Part shown: positions 49,043 to 59,813 of the stretch, piece by piece | Layout of the letters: every line of letters begins with the position of its first letter | Position numbering within the stretch: position 1 is the first letter of the stretch | DNA from: a virus | Taxonomy: Duplodnaviria > Caudoviricetes | Length of the DNA: 64,000 nt | Strand: one strand, 5' to 3' | Virus record (IMG/VR): IMGVR_UViG_2929656146_000003 | Location: 14,215 to 78,214 of that record | Notes under the pieces: generated by a model | What the model was told of the DNA's origin: nothing | Database searches by the model: none | Seen by the model: only the letters and a program-made list of their open reading frames with translations | Translations under genes and position numbers: made by a program

Positions 49043-49095
49043 AGGTGGTTGACCACCTCTAGATAAGCACACGCTGGACAGGTGGTCAACCACCC
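49043..49095. promoter_or_regulatory. Paired operator palindromes
   Basis: AGGTGGT-TG-ACCACCT (49043-49058) and AGGTGGT-CA-ACCACCC (49080-49095) between divergent genes. Confidence 0.75.
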
Positions 49096-49110
49096 TGCGA
49101 AGATCTGGTC

Positions 49111-49299
49111 ATGGCCAACATGCACAAGCACCCCGTCCGCGGACTCCGCGGCATCCCCAGCGACCTCTGGGACGCCTTCGACCAGTCCGCCAAGGGCGTC
49201 GGCGCCGACCGCTCCGCCCTGCTCCGCCAGTTCATGGAGTGGCACACCCACCAGCCCGGCGCCGAGCTCCCCGCCCGGCCCGAGCCGCCCAAGGCCTGA
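49111..49299 (+). CDS. Ribbon-helix-helix DNA-binding protein
   Basis: 'RGLRGIPSDLWDAF...DRSALLRQFMEW'. Confidence 0.75.
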   Translation: MANMHKHPVRGLRGIPSDLWDAFDQSAKGVGADRSALLRQFMEWHTHQPGAELPARPEPPKA

Positions 49300-49466
49300 C
49301 CAGCCCCGACCCGTAGCCGCCGGCCGACGCCGTGCGGCTCTTCGTGCTGTCCGGCGACAGTCGGCTGGCGCACGGCGGGTCCTTTCGCGTGGTGGGGCTG
49401 TGCGGGCGCGTGGCGGCCTCGCGGGCGGGCGGTGACCGACGGGTCCGGTCCGGTACTGCGGGGCCG

Positions 49467-52400
49467 TCAGACGGGCGCCTGCGGGCCGCCGGGGGCGGGT
49501 TGCGGGTTGAGCACGGCGCGGATCTCGTCGAGGAGGTTGCGGGTCTGCGGTCCGATGCAGTGGTCGGTCCACTGCTCGACGACGTCGAGGGCGGCGTCGA
49601 GGCGGCCCTCGGCGCGGTGGGCGCGCTGGTTCTCCTCGACGGCCCGGGCGGTGAGGCGCTGGACCTCGGATCGCTTCCGGTCGAGGACGGGCCACACGAC
49701 CGCGAGCATCGCGTCGACCAGGCCGAGGCGCTCGGCGCGGGGCTTGGTGGCGTCGTCGACGATGGCGGTGACGACGGCGCCGCGGAGCTCCTTGTCGGCC
49801 ACCGTGCGGGCCTGGATGGCGTCGAGATCGAGGGGCGCGGCGGGCTGGGTCATCACGACTCCTGGTCGTCGGGCACGTGGTTGGTGAGCGTCGGGTAGAG
49901 GTCCGAGAAGGTGAGGCAGGCGTCCACGACGGTGATGAGGGCCTGCCGGTCACCGGGGTACTCCAGGTCGTGGTGGCGCATGCCCTGCACCCAGCCCATG
50001 ACGGAGGCCTCCTTGACCAGCAGGCGCTCGCGCTCGGTGAGGCCCATGAGGATCTCGGCGACGGCGTCGAGGCGGGCGGTCTCCCGTTGGGCGAAGTAGG
50101 CGACCAGGGCATCGGGCAGGTCGGCCTGGGGCTGGGTCATCGGCTGGTCTCCTCGGTGGCAGTGGGCGTGCGGCGGTTGCGGTGGAAGTCGCGGAGCCTG
50201 TCGTAGGCCTCGTCGAACGCCGCGATCTGGTCCGGTCCGGCACCGGGGCGGTACAGGGCGGCGCGAGCGGCGGTGATGTCGTCGCGGATGACGGTCTCGG
50301 CGGCGGGCTGGGGCTGGGTCATGGGTTCTCCTGGGCGCGGGTCGGGGCGGGTCCGGTCAGGCGGCGGGCTGGACGGTGTAGGTGCCGTCGGGCTGGCGGG
50401 TGATGGTGTCGCCGAACTTGGCCAGGGCCCGGGGGAGGCCGTCGTGTTCGAGGATCGTGAGGCCGTCGACCTCGACCCGGTTGGTGAACGGGTCGGCGAC
50501 GAAGTGGAGCTTCGACGGGCCGATGAGTTCCCACAGTTCGCCGAGGTTGGCCGGGCCGACGGTCCACTCGGTGCGGTTGGTGTCGGCGCACAGGGTGCAC
50601 GGCGTGTGACCAGCGGTGTCGGTGGCCTGGAGGACGGCGCCGCCGTGGTTGAGGCGGGCGGTGTCGAGGGCGGGGCAGGCGGCGTCGGAGTGGTAGCGGG
50701 TGGTGCCGCGGATGACGAAGGCGGTGGTCAGGTCGGGCTGGCCCATGACTCAGACCCCCTGCGCGGCGGGATGCTCGGCCTTGGCCAGGTCGTACTCGGC
50801 GATGCCCCGGACGATCGCGTGGCAGGCCCACAGGAATTCCCACGACCAGTCATCGAACGACTGCTCCCAGGCAAGCGGGTACCGGAGGGTGTGGCCGGCG
50901 TGGTTGAAGTTCTCCGCGGCGTGCCGCGCGAACTCCTCGAACTCCAGCGAGTACTCCTCGTTGTCGAGGATCTGCTCCCGGACGGCCTCGATAAGGCCGG
51001 GGTGGCGGGTCTCGCCGGACGCGGCCCAGCTGGTGAGCCAGTCGCGGAACCTGGCCTCCGACCACGCCTTGGCCTGGCCGGCGACCACCTTCTCCTGCCA
51101 GTGGCCGGGGTTGATGCCGTAGTGGCTGGTGCCGCGGAACATGTCGAACAGGTCCTGCGTCGGGTGGAGGGCGAAGACGAAGTTCGGGCCGTCGCCGCGG
51201 ATGGTGAGGCCGTTGGGCCAGGTGATGAGGTCGTAGCGGTAGAGGCCGCCGTACTGCGGGTTGACGTACCGCAGGTGCCGGTAGAGGCCGTCGTCGTGGA
51301 GGACGGTGAGCCGGTGTCCGGCGGTCTCGCTGGCGAAGCGGGCGGCGATCTGCTGTTCGACGGTGAGCTTGGGCTCGGGCTGGTCGGTCATGTCGGTCTC
51401 CGGGTTCAGGCGGCGGGGTGGGTGGCGGATGCGGCGGTGAGGATGTCGGTCCGGATCCGGCGGAGGTCGGCGAGGGCGTCGAGCCACCACTGCCGGAGTT
51501 CCGCGTCGTCGGGGTCGGCGTTGAAGGCCGCCCCGCATTCGGCAGCCCACTCCTCGGCCTGGACAAGCGCGGACTCGGTCACGGTGGCCTCCTCAGGCAG
51601 CGGGGCGGGTGTAGGTGGCGAAGAACTTGCGGCGCCCCAGGTAGCTGGTCGCGCCGTGGTCATACGGCCGGGTGATACCGATCCGGTTGCCGTCGACGAC
51701 GGTGATTCGGACGGACCCGCCGAACGGGATCTTGCGCGTCCAGGTTTGGCCGGGGTAGATGCCATCGGGGTCGGTCATCGAAGCTCTCCAGGTGGTCAAA
51801 GGAGGTGGGCGGGGGCGCGGACGGTCACCATCCGCGGCGGTAGCTGAACGGGCACCTCAGGTACTGGTGCGGGGGCCAGACGCTGGCGGCTGCACGACCG
51901 GATGGCCGGCTCGGCGTGGGGCTCGTACACGGCATCCAGCTCGGCGGCCGTGACCTCGATGGCCTGGTCGTACGGGGTGCCGTCGATGTGGACGAAGTAC
52001 TGGTTGCCCCAGTGCCGGGAGGGGAGCCCGGTGACGGTGCCGACCTGGCCGGTCGCGGTGACGCATACGCGGGTCTGGGTGTGGTGGACGATTGGCTCCT
52101 CGCCGCGTTTGGCGAAGGCGCGGACGAGGCCGTCTCGCAGTTTCTGCACGAAGGCGTCGCCTTGACTGGCGTGGGGCTCGCAGTAGTTGCGGAGCTTCTC
52201 GCGACTGGTACCTCGGCTGATCCACCGTGTGGTGGTGGCGTCGGCCTGGCAGTGGATCATCTCGTCGAGCTCCTCGCCGCCGTGGGGGCTCGGCTTGTAG
52301 GTGAGGGCGACGTTCTCGCAGAGTTGGACGGCGGTCACTGCGGGCTCCTCAGGTATCGAGGCGGCTGGGGGTCAGTGGTAGACGTAGCCGCGCCAAGCGG

Positions 52401-52560
52401 CCTCTTCCTCGACGACCTGCTGCGCCCACTCGTCACGGCAGTCGTTGCACGCGAGGTCGCCATCCGGGCCGGGCTCAAGGTCCACGGCGTCGAGGTGGGA
52501 GCAGCCGTCGAGCATGTCGCCGGCGATGAGGTGGATCAGGTCGATGGCGGTGGTGTGCAT
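49467..52560 (-). CDS. Hypothetical genes (49467-49856, 49853-50140, 50137-50322, 50357-50746, 50750-51391, 51796-52338, 52372-52560 and others)
   Basis: Packed ORFs; 50750-51391 has the recurrent phage motif 'VLHDDGLYRHLR...DLITWP..L.I.GD'. Confidence 0.6.
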
Positions 52561-52569
52561 TGGGGCTCC

Positions 52570-52908
52570 TCAGGCGGCGAGGGTGAGGCGCAGCGCGGCG
52601 GCCTTGAACGCCGGCTTGCGGGGCCGGCAGGCCATGGCGATCACGGCGACCTGCGCGGGGGTGAAGCGGCGGGTGGTGCGCATTCGGCGGCCGGCGTGGA
52701 CGCGGTGCTCGCTGCCGGTGATGCCGAGCTTGGCGGCGGTCTTGCGGAGGGTTCCGGCCATGCTGCGGGCGGCGGCAGGGCGGAGGCCCTGGGCGATGCC
52801 GTGGGTGGTGAGGGAGGCCTCACTGCGGCGGCGGATGGAGGCGGCGGCGCGGGTGGTGCGGGCCCGGTCGCGGAGGGTCTGGCGGGCGGTGCGGGTGCGG
52901 GCGTTCAT
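52570..52908 (-). CDS. Basic putative DNA-binding protein
   Basis: Arg/Ala-rich, 112 aa; palindrome GTAGCGCTAC at 52929-52938 upstream. Confidence 0.6.
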   Translation of the reverse strand: MNARTRTARQTLRDRARTTRAAASIRRRSEASLTTHGIAQGLRPAAARSMAGTLRKTAAKLGITGSEHRVHAGRRMRTTRRFTPAQVAVIAMACRPRKPAFKAAALRLTLAA

Positions 52909-53052
52909 CGGGATCCCCCAGTGACCAAGTAGCGCTACCTTGTTGCGCTGTCTGGTATCCACCATAGCCGCCGTAATCGAGAAGCGCAACCATGTAGCGG
53001 TCCCAAGATGCGCTCCTACCCAGCGAACCCAACCCGCGATACCCTTACAACC

Positions 53053-53334
53053 ATGACCACCACAACCGACGACCCCATCACCACAGCCGCCGCCCGCTAC
53101 AAGCGCGACGAAGCCAAGGCCAAGCAATCCCGCACAGCACTCACCGACCTCGTCCTCGCCGCCCTCCGCGAACCCGACGCCAAACCAGCCGAGATCGCCC
53201 GCCGCGCCGACTGGACGCCGGCCTACGTTCGCAAGCTGGCCCGCGACAACGGCATCGAAGCCGACGCCGCCTACAAGGCCCGCACCGAAAAGGCCCGCGC
53301 CAGGCTGATCGCGGAGGCCACCACCGAGAACTGA
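53053..53334 (+). CDS. Small HTH regulator
   Basis: 'LVLAALRE...AEIARRADWTPAYVRKLARDNGI'. Confidence 0.7.
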   Translation: MTTTTDDPITTAAARYKRDEAKAKQSRTALTDLVLAALREPDAKPAEIARRADWTPAYVRKLARDNGIEADAAYKARTEKARARLIAEATTEN

Positions 53335-53444
53335 CCCGCCACACCCCGCCAGCCGCCCGGCACCACCGCCGCGCGGCCCTTCTGCATGCCCGCACACTTC
53401 TTCCCGGGCCCGGGAAGAAGCCAGGCCACACCCACCGCGCCCCC

Positions 53445-53825
53445 TCACCGCTGCGCCCCGAAGTCGTCCACACGGATCCCCGCAGCCGCAGCACGCCGCA
53501 TGCAATCCCGAGTCCCCACCGACCGGCCCAACGGGAACGCCACACACACCGCAGCACCCCGATCAACCATCACCTGGTTCCGCCGCGGACCAGCAGACCG
53601 GCCGAACCGCGCCCAATCCGCGGGCCACCGTTCCTCCCGAACGCCACGTCCGAGCCGAACCCTCGCCCATGCCGCAGCCATCGAATCCACGCCCGTCGGA
53701 CAAGCCCCGTGAACGACAACCAGCCCCGAATAGTCGAACTCCTCGGCCACAAGATCTAGGCCCGTTATCACCGCAGAACGGTCAGACCACGACCGCGAGC
53801 CCGTCACCAAGACCCGAGCGCTCAC
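53445..53825 (-). CDS. SLOG / DUF2493 (YspA-like) protein
   Basis: 'VLVTGSR.W...VVHGACPTGVD...PADW..GRSAGPRRN..MV...GT.DC'. Confidence 0.85.
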   Translation of the reverse strand: MSARVLVTGSRSWSDRSAVITGLDLVAEEFDYSGLVVVHGACPTGVDSMAAAWARVRLGRGVREERWPADWARFGRSAGPRRNQVMVDRGAAVCVAFPLGRSVGTRDCMRRAAAAGIRVDDFGAQR

Positions 53826-54677
53826 AACCGCACCCCCACGGCGCCGCACCTGTTGCACGAGAACCCCGCAGGGGGGACCCCATGACACGTCCCGCAAACA
53901 GGCGCAGCACCCTCACCCTGCGCCAGCAACACCAGCTCAGGCGCCCAGCCCAACCACACCAGCAAGTTCGCCAGCAGGTGCGCGTCCGGAGCGCCGCCCT
54001 TCGCCATCCTGGTGAACGCCGACGGTGTCGCGCCCACCGCCCGAGCAAGCCCCGACCGCGACCACCCAAGCTCCGCACACCGCGCATCCACTACCGCCAG
54101 CAGGCGAGCAGGATCCAAGCGGAAGACGACGCTCATTCCTGGCCCTCCGCATCCCAACGCTCCAACATGCGCTCGAACACGTCATCGGGCGCCGACGGCA
54201 AACCCCACACCAGGCCCCACCGCATCCGGCGCCCCACCAGACCCGCCTTCGCCGGCACCACACACCGACCCCGCCGCCGGTGCCGATCGAAAGACGTCCG
54301 CGAACTGAACGTCAGGTGACACCCCCCGCAGTGAGACCGCGTGTCGCCCGTCCACCACGCCCCACACCCATGCCGGATCGCCGATTTCGGAACCCGCACC
54401 TCGGCGCCACTCACTGGATACCCCTTCCCGCTGTTGCTGACTGAGTAAGAACGGCCCCACAGGCCGACCCCGGCCCATCGGCCCAACCCGACCCCGGGAG
54501 GCCGTCAGATCCGCGCCTGGGGAGGCGAAGGTCGTGTGGAGGCTGGATCTGCCACCCCTGCGCCCGCAGCTCGACGACCGCGAGTTCGGCCTGCCGCCGG
54601 GGCGGTGCGTACGGGTTGTCTTCGATGACGGCCCGGATGACTGCGGCGACTGCGGCTGGTATCGGTTCGCGCATCAC
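53822..54677 (-). CDS. XRE HTH (53822-54136), zinc-finger protein (54133-54414), hypothetical (54411-54677)
   Basis: 'WSRSGLARAVGATPSAFTRM'; 'HCGGCH.TF....FDRHR'; chained overlaps. Confidence 0.65.
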
Positions 54678-55342
54678 GCAGTCCGTCGTTGCGCGTGGTG
54701 GGCTTTGGCGTCATCGACGCGGCTCGGGTGCGGGCTGTTGCGCCGGCTCCATCGGGCGGCGCCGTCGCGGGGTGCTCGGGTGTGGCGCCGGCACTGTTCA
54801 CCGGCCGGGGCCTGGCACCACCGGCAGGGCACGCCGAGGAGGTCGACCTGGCCGTCTCGGCGTGCGCGTTCGCGGGCCGCCCGCATGGGCAGGGCCGATT
54901 CCAGCAGCCGGCGGGCGTCGTCGGGTATCGCGCCGACGCCGGTGATGGCGGCTTCGATGTCGGGGTGTGGGCCGCCGTCGGTGATGGCGACGAGTTCGGG
55001 CCGCGCGTTGCCGTCGGCGATGGCGGCGAGTTGGGCGCGCCGGTTGCGGGCGTATTCGGTGCCGGTCTCGTCGCGGCCGTCGGCGGGGTAGGCGAGGACG
55101 CCGTGGGGGATGCGCTGGTGGCGGATGGCGGCTCGCAGGGTGACGACGTTGTGGGGCTGGATCCAGCGTTGGCGGTCGTCGCCGGGCCGGCCGTAGAACT
55201 CGGCGACGGCCTGGAGCGCGTCTTGGTCGAGCGGCACGTCTCGGAGGGCGGCGGCCCAGGCGCGGGCGTCGGTTTCGCCGACGGTGCGGCGGTCGTAGGC
55301 GGCGATGTGGCCGAGGAGGGCGGCGGCTTGGGCGGGGGTCAT
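54674..55342 (-). CDS. Helicase loader/inhibitor-like protein with C-terminal zinc finger
   Basis: 'AAALLGHIAAYDRR......AW..AL...AV..FY...I.P..V' plus 'CRWCQAPAGEQC...H.SR'; coupled to initiator. Confidence 0.7.
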   Translation of the reverse strand: MTPAQAAALLGHIAAYDRRTVGETDARAWAAALRDVPLDQDALQAVAEFYGRPGDDRQRWIQPHNVVTLRAAIRHQRIPHGVLAYPADGRDETGTEYARNRRAQLAAIADGNARPELVAITDGGPHPDIEAAITGVGAIPDDARRLLESALPMRAARERARRDGQVDLLGVPCRWCQAPAGEQCRRHTRAPRDGAARWSRRNSPHPSRVDDAKAHHAQRRTA

Positions 55343-56400
55343 TGGGGGTTCTCCTCTGCGGCGAGGCGGGCGGCGAGGTCGAATGCTGAGGCGACGCGCT
55401 GGTCGGCGGTGGAGGGCCGGTAGCCGTCGGTGCCGGTGGCGGCGAGGGGGATCACGTTGGCGTTCATGACCTGGTTGACGACCGAGGGCAGCGTCGAGGG
55501 GTGGAGGCCCTTGGCGGTCCACAGGGCGAGGCCCCGGCGGATGTGGTCGCTGGCGATGCCTTCGTCGAGCATCTGCTTGAGGTGCTTGGAGGTCTGGCCG
55601 ATGACGGCGCCGGGGGGCCGGTTGGGCACGTGGTCGAGCCATTCGGCGACGAGGGTCTGTGCGGTGATCGGGTCGTGCGGCGCGACTGCGCCCGCCGTAG
55701 GCGGAACGTGGCTGGGGTAGGGGACAGGGGTAGGGGCAGGGGATAGTGCGCGCGACGCCTGTGTGCGCGTCGTCTGCGCGTGCGCACGCGTAGAGCCTCT
55801 CCGATCCCCTTCGCCAGGCCCCTCCGAAGGGGGTTCGGCAGGGGCCTGCGAAGGGGGGTCGGTGTCCCCGTCGGGAACGGGCTTCAAGGCGCGTGCCGGG
55901 GGGTTCGGCAGGGGCTCGCGGAAGGCCCTGCGAAGCGTGTCGATGTGCTGCCCGACTTCCTGACGGATCGACAGCGGTCGGCTGCCCGGGTCATCACTCA
56001 ACTCATCGAGCGGGATCCGGTCCATCTCCTCCAGCAGAGCCCGGCGCAGGCGCCGCGACGAGATCTCCAGCGCTCCGGACACGGCGGCACCCATCACCTT
56101 GGGCTGCTTCCACACGCCGTCGTTGCGGATGAATGACCGGATCAGCAACTCCTCCGTGTCGTCATCGACGACCACGAAACGGGCCGCGTCGAGCTCGGCG
56201 AGGGTCTTCTCCAGGCCCGCAGGCGTGAGGCCGCGGGCCTTGCGGGCCCACCGCTTGAGGGTGAGGGGGAGCAGTCCGGCGTGGTTGAGGTTGGGCTGGG
56301 AGATGAGGAACGCGTAGGTGCCCTGCTGCTCCCGGTCGAGGGAGAGGAAGTCGGCGTCCTCCCAGATGCTAGAGAGGACACGTCCGTGACCTCGTGCCAT
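55339..56400 (-). CDS. Phage replication initiator
   Basis: 'MAR.HGR...SIW.D.DF..L....Q..Y.FL.SQP..N.AG...EELLIRSFIRNDG'; contains direct repeat GGGGGTTCGGCAGGGGC at 55829 and 55899. Confidence 0.8.
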   Translation of the reverse strand: MARGHGRVLSSIWEDADFLSLDREQQGTYAFLISQPNLNHAGLLPLTLKRWARKARGLTPAGLEKTLAELDAARFVVVDDDTEELLIRSFIRNDGVWKQPKVMGAAVSGALEISSRRLRRALLEEMDRIPLDELSDDPGSRPLSIRQEVGQHIDTLRRAFREPLPNPPARALKPVPDGDTDPPSQAPAEPPSEGPGEGDRRGSTRAHAQTTRTQASRALSPAPTPVPYPSHVPPTAGAVAPHDPITAQTLVAEWLDHVPNRPPGAVIGQTSKHLKQMLDEGIASDHIRRGLALWTAKGLHPSTLPSVVNQVMNANVIPLAATGTDGYRPSTADQRVASAFDLAARLAAEENPQ

Positions 56401-56427
56401 GCCGGTGCTCCTTGCGTTGGGGGGTGA

Positions 56428-56601
56428 TCAGTTGGAGTTGAGAGCTGCGGCTGCGGCGATGGTCAAGACCCACAGCCCGAGCCACGCGCCGATCCAGATC
56501 CGACACCACATCGGGGCGTCACCCGTTGCGGTGATGTAGGCCAGTGGCGGGACCTGGATGAGTACGCCAAGGACGGAGGCGGCGGGCGACTGCTTGGCCA
56601 T
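56428..56601 (-). CDS. Small membrane protein (57 aa)
   Basis: Not in ORF track; AGGAG RBS; two hydrophobic segments. Confidence 0.5.
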   Translation of the reverse strand: MAKQSPAASVLGVLIQVPPLAYITATGDAPMWCRIWIGAWLGLWVLTIAAAAALNSN

Positions 56602-56610
56602 GGAGGGCTC

Positions 56611-57474
56611 CTAGACGGTTGAGTTGGTGGCGCGTTCGCGGCGACGGAGTTTGCGGCCGGCCGCGGCGACGGCGACGGCGTCCCGGCACGGTTGGCAGGT
56701 GGGCGTGCCGAGGACGGTGTGGTCGTAGTAGCCGCCCGGCGTCCCGCACCTTCCGGTCCAGTCCGGCAGGGCGGCCGGGTTGTCGATGTCGTCGTCGTCC
56801 CACGCGGCCGCCGGAGCCCACCTGGACGCGGTGGCTGCGTTGGCCGCGGCCCGGATGTCTTGCGGTCGGGCTCCGTGTGCGGCGGGCTGTTGGTCCCAGT
56901 ACAGGTCGTACAGGTGGCGGATCGCGGCGGCCCGCCACGCGGTGATGCTCAGTACGCGCTCGTGGAGGATGTCGAAGTACAGGCGGGCGTCGGCCTGTTC
57001 GCGGCTCATGCCCGCGGTGGCGATGAGAGTGCGCAGCGGCCAGCCGGCGCAGCGCAGGGCCTGCAAGCGGCGGCGGCTGCCGACCGCGTCGACGAGGGCC
57101 TTGCCGTCGGCGGCCAGCCCGCCGACGGGAAGCGGCACGGAGATGATCGCGCGGGCGGTGGCGGGAGAGAGCCCCCGGGTGGGGGGCCTCCCGGCGGCTC
57201 CGACGAGGAGGCCGCGGATGACGGCGCGTGTGACACCGGCGGCGTGTGCGCTCTGGTCCCAGGTGTAGCCGGTGGCGGTGAGGGCCTGGACGTGGCGGCG
57301 GGCGGGTTCTGCGGGGACGCGCTGTTGCCACCTGCCGTAGGCGATCTGCCGGTCGCGAGCGGTCTTGTAGGCGGCCATGGCGTGTCGGCAGGGGAGGCAG
57401 CGGCAGCCGTGGTGGACGTAGGTGGAGCGGCCGTGGCGGCCGCCAGTGGGGGCGGTGCGGGTGGGGCTGGTCAC
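56611..57474 (-). CDS. Phage protein with Cys motifs and HTH-like segments
   Basis: 'HG..TY...GCRC.PC', 'RRRLQAL...GW', 'AAWDDDDIDNP', 'CGT..GY..H.....C.PC'. Confidence 0.7.
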   Translation of the reverse strand: MTSPTRTAPTGGRHGRSTYVHHGCRCLPCRHAMAAYKTARDRQIAYGRWQQRVPAEPARRHVQALTATGYTWDQSAHAAGVTRAVIRGLLVGAAGRPPTRGLSPATARAIISVPLPVGGLAADGKALVDAVGSRRRLQALRCAGWPLRTLIATAGMSREQADARLYFDILHERVLSITAWRAAAIRHLYDLYWDQQPAAHGARPQDIRAAANAATASRWAPAAAWDDDDIDNPAALPDWTGRCGTPGGYYDHTVLGTPTCQPCRDAVAVAAAGRKLRRRERATNSTV

Positions 57475-57524
57475 TGGCGGGCCTCCGTGCGGCGTGGTGC
57501 GGGTCGGTCGAGGGCGGGGCTGGT

Positions 57525-58004
57525 CTAGAAGGGGGGTTCTGACACGGCGGATGGCGGGGTGCCCCAGCCGGACTGGGCGGGCTGGCCGGAGGACCACGGG
57601 TCGTTGTTCTGCTGCCGCTGCTGGCCGCCGCTGTTGTTGGCGCGCTGGGCGCGGGTGACCTTCGCGGTCGCGGAGCGCAGGCTCGGGCCGACCTCGTCGA
57701 CCTCGACCTCGAAGACGGTGCGCTTCTGCCCGTCCTTCTCGTACGAGCGCTGCTGGAGCCGGCCCTGCACGATCACGCGCATTCCCTTGGAGAGGGACTC
57801 GGCGCAGTGCTCGGCAGCCTGCCGCCAGACGTTGCACGTGAGGAAGAGGCTCTCGCCGTCCTTCCACTCGTTCGTCTGACGGTCGAAGGTGCGGGGGGTG
57901 GACGCGATGCGGAACTTTGCGACCGCCGCACCCGACGGGGTGAAGCGCAGCTCGGGGTCGTCGACGAGATTGCCGACGAGGGTGATCACGGTGTCACCGG
58001 CCAT
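57525..58004 (-). CDS. ssb: Single-stranded DNA-binding protein
   Basis: '[32 protein letters not shown]...EPPF'. Confidence 0.97.
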   Translation of the reverse strand: MAGDTVITLVGNLVDDPELRFTPSGAAVAKFRIASTPRTFDRQTNEWKDGESLFLTCNVWRQAAEHCAESLSKGMRVIVQGRLQQRSYEKDGQKRTVFEVEVDEVGPSLRSATAKVTRAQRANNSGGQQRQQNNDPWSSGQPAQSGWGTPPSAVSEPPF

Positions 58005-58154
58005 GAGATTCCTCAGGAGTGATGAGGGCCCGCTCGGCGCAGACCTTGTGTGCGGGCCGACGTTCGCCGTCCCGGAGGTTGGTGGGCTTCCCGCAATGCC
58101 TGCACGGGCTGGCCTGGGTCGCCCAGTGGGAGCGGTCGCCCCAGGCCAGGACCG

Positions 58155-58421
58155 TCATGCCGCGACCGCGGTCTTACGGCGCGTGTCGTAGATGGCGCGA
58201 CGCTCGGCAGGAGTGGTAGCGCCCCAGATGCCGTACCTGTACTTGGCGGCGCTGCTTCCCTCGCGGAGGAGCGCTTCCTCGCGGCACGCGTCCTTGATCG
58301 GGCACCTGTGACACTCGCGCTTGGCTTCCTCGGCCAAGGCCAGGCCTACACCGCTGGACGAGTTGGGGAAGAACAGCTCGGGGTCTTCCTGGCAGGGGAA
58401 TTGAGGGCCGTCGGTGGTCAT
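58155..58421 (-). CDS. WhiB-family transcription factor
   Basis: 'C..DPELFF...C.RCP...C...GIWG'. Confidence 0.92.
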   Translation of the reverse strand: MTTDGPQFPCQEDPELFFPNSSSGVGLALAEEAKRECHRCPIKDACREEALLREGSSAAKYRYGIWGATTPAERRAIYDTRRKTAVAA

Positions 58422-58577
58422 CGGCGGGCCTCCTTCTTGAGGAGCTGCTCGATGTCCCGAAGCCCGCGGCGCCGGTCCTGCCGCGTCCGCCACCGGTCGC
58501 TGGTTACGGCGGAGAACACGATGGCTGCGGCGAAGAGGAACATCACCCAGAACAGGACGCCGCTGACGATCAGGAAC

Positions 58578-59183
58578 TCAGTCACCGCGCACCCCCTCCG
58601 GCCATACGCTCTTCGTGAGCGCGGCCCGGTTCGCGGCCGGCATCGGCACGACCGGGTAGCCGAGGTAGTCCAGGCCCGCGGCCATGAGGACCACGGCGTC
58701 GGCCTGGTTGTCGTCACCGCCGGTCGACCAGTCCGGCCAGCGGCGGGCCACGGCGTCGACCACGGCGGACTTGGTGGCGCTGCCCTTCCCGGTGGCGTAC
58801 ATCATGCGCTGCGACGGGCTCATCAGGGCGACAGGAATGTCCCGCACGGTGAGGCCGCGGTACACCTCCCACCACAGCCATGCCCGTTCGTGGCCGCCGC
58901 CGCCGAGGGACCGCAGGGAGGGGCTCTCCAGGACGACGAGGCCCGGCCGGCCGACGGCGAGGATGATGTCGCCGAGAAGTGCGAGGAGGGAGCGGAGGCG
59001 CTGTTCGTGCGGCTGGGTGGTGATGCTGTCGCTCTTGTGTCGGGGCTTGTAGCCGACGGTGTCGCACCAGCCGGTGGAGGAGGCGATGCCGGTGGCGGTG
59101 AGGCTGGTGTCGAGGCCGATGACCACGGGTGCAGCGGCGGGCATCAGGCCGGGATCGGTGGGGAGAGTGGAGAGGTCAGTCAT
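58578..59183 (-). CDS. RuvC-like Holliday junction resolvase
   Basis: 'IGLDTSLTATG...VVLE...YATGKG.A.K...DN.ADA'. Confidence 0.85.
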   Translation of the reverse strand: MTDLSTLPTDPGLMPAAAPVVIGLDTSLTATGIASSTGWCDTVGYKPRHKSDSITTQPHEQRLRSLLALLGDIILAVGRPGLVVLESPSLRSLGGGGHERAWLWWEVYRGLTVRDIPVALMSPSQRMMYATGKGSATKSAVVDAVARRWPDWSTGGDDNQADAVVLMAAGLDYLGYPVVPMPAANRAALTKSVWPEGVRGD

Positions 59184-59303
59184 TGCGGGCGCTCCAGGCG
59201 GTGTACGAGAGGACGATGAGGGCGACAGCGACGGCGACCAGGACCAGGACAGCGAGACCGGTCCACGCCTGGTTACTGGTGATGTGCTCGACGAGCCGAT
59301 GGG

Positions 59304-59813
59304 TCACGAGGCGACGGCGGCGGGGACGGTCTGCCAGTCCCGGGCCTCGGACGCGAGCTGGTATGCGTCGATGCGGTCCTGCAACTGGCGGATGATCTTG
59401 TCACGCTGGCGGAGGTCCCGCCGGAGCCGCTCCACCTCGGGCGTCGGGGCGGCTGGCTGAACGGCCCGGTCGGCGAGCGCGTCGGCCCGGTCGACGAGGC
59501 GCCGCAGCCTGGCGATCTCTCGCCGGTACCGTGCGCAGCCGCGCAGCGCCCGGCCGAGACGCTCCGCCTGCCCGACAGCCTCCGACGACCAGTTGCCTTC
59601 CCGGATCACGAGGGTGGCGTTCTCGATCCGGGCGACGGTCAGCTGCTTGGCGTGGGCGACCCTGTCGTCACTGATCCGCTCGGCGAGCGCGAAGTGCTGC
59701 CGGCTCTCCGCCGTGGTGGCGCCGAGGGCGAGGTTGAGCTGGCGAACCCGATCCTCCAACCAGGCGTTGCGCTCGCGCAGTTCGGCGTTCTGGCGGCGGG
59801 TTCTACCGAGCAT
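59304..59813 (-). CDS. Coiled-coil hypothetical protein
   Basis: 169 aa heptad-rich; GGAGG RBS. Confidence 0.6.
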   Translation of the reverse strand: MLGRTRRQNAELRERNAWLEDRVRQLNLALGATTAESRQHFALAERISDDRVAHAKQLTVARIENATLVIREGNWSSEAVGQAERLGRALRGCARYRREIARLRRLVDRADALADRAVQPAAPTPEVERLRRDLRQRDKIIRQLQDRIDAYQLASEARDWQTVPAAVAS

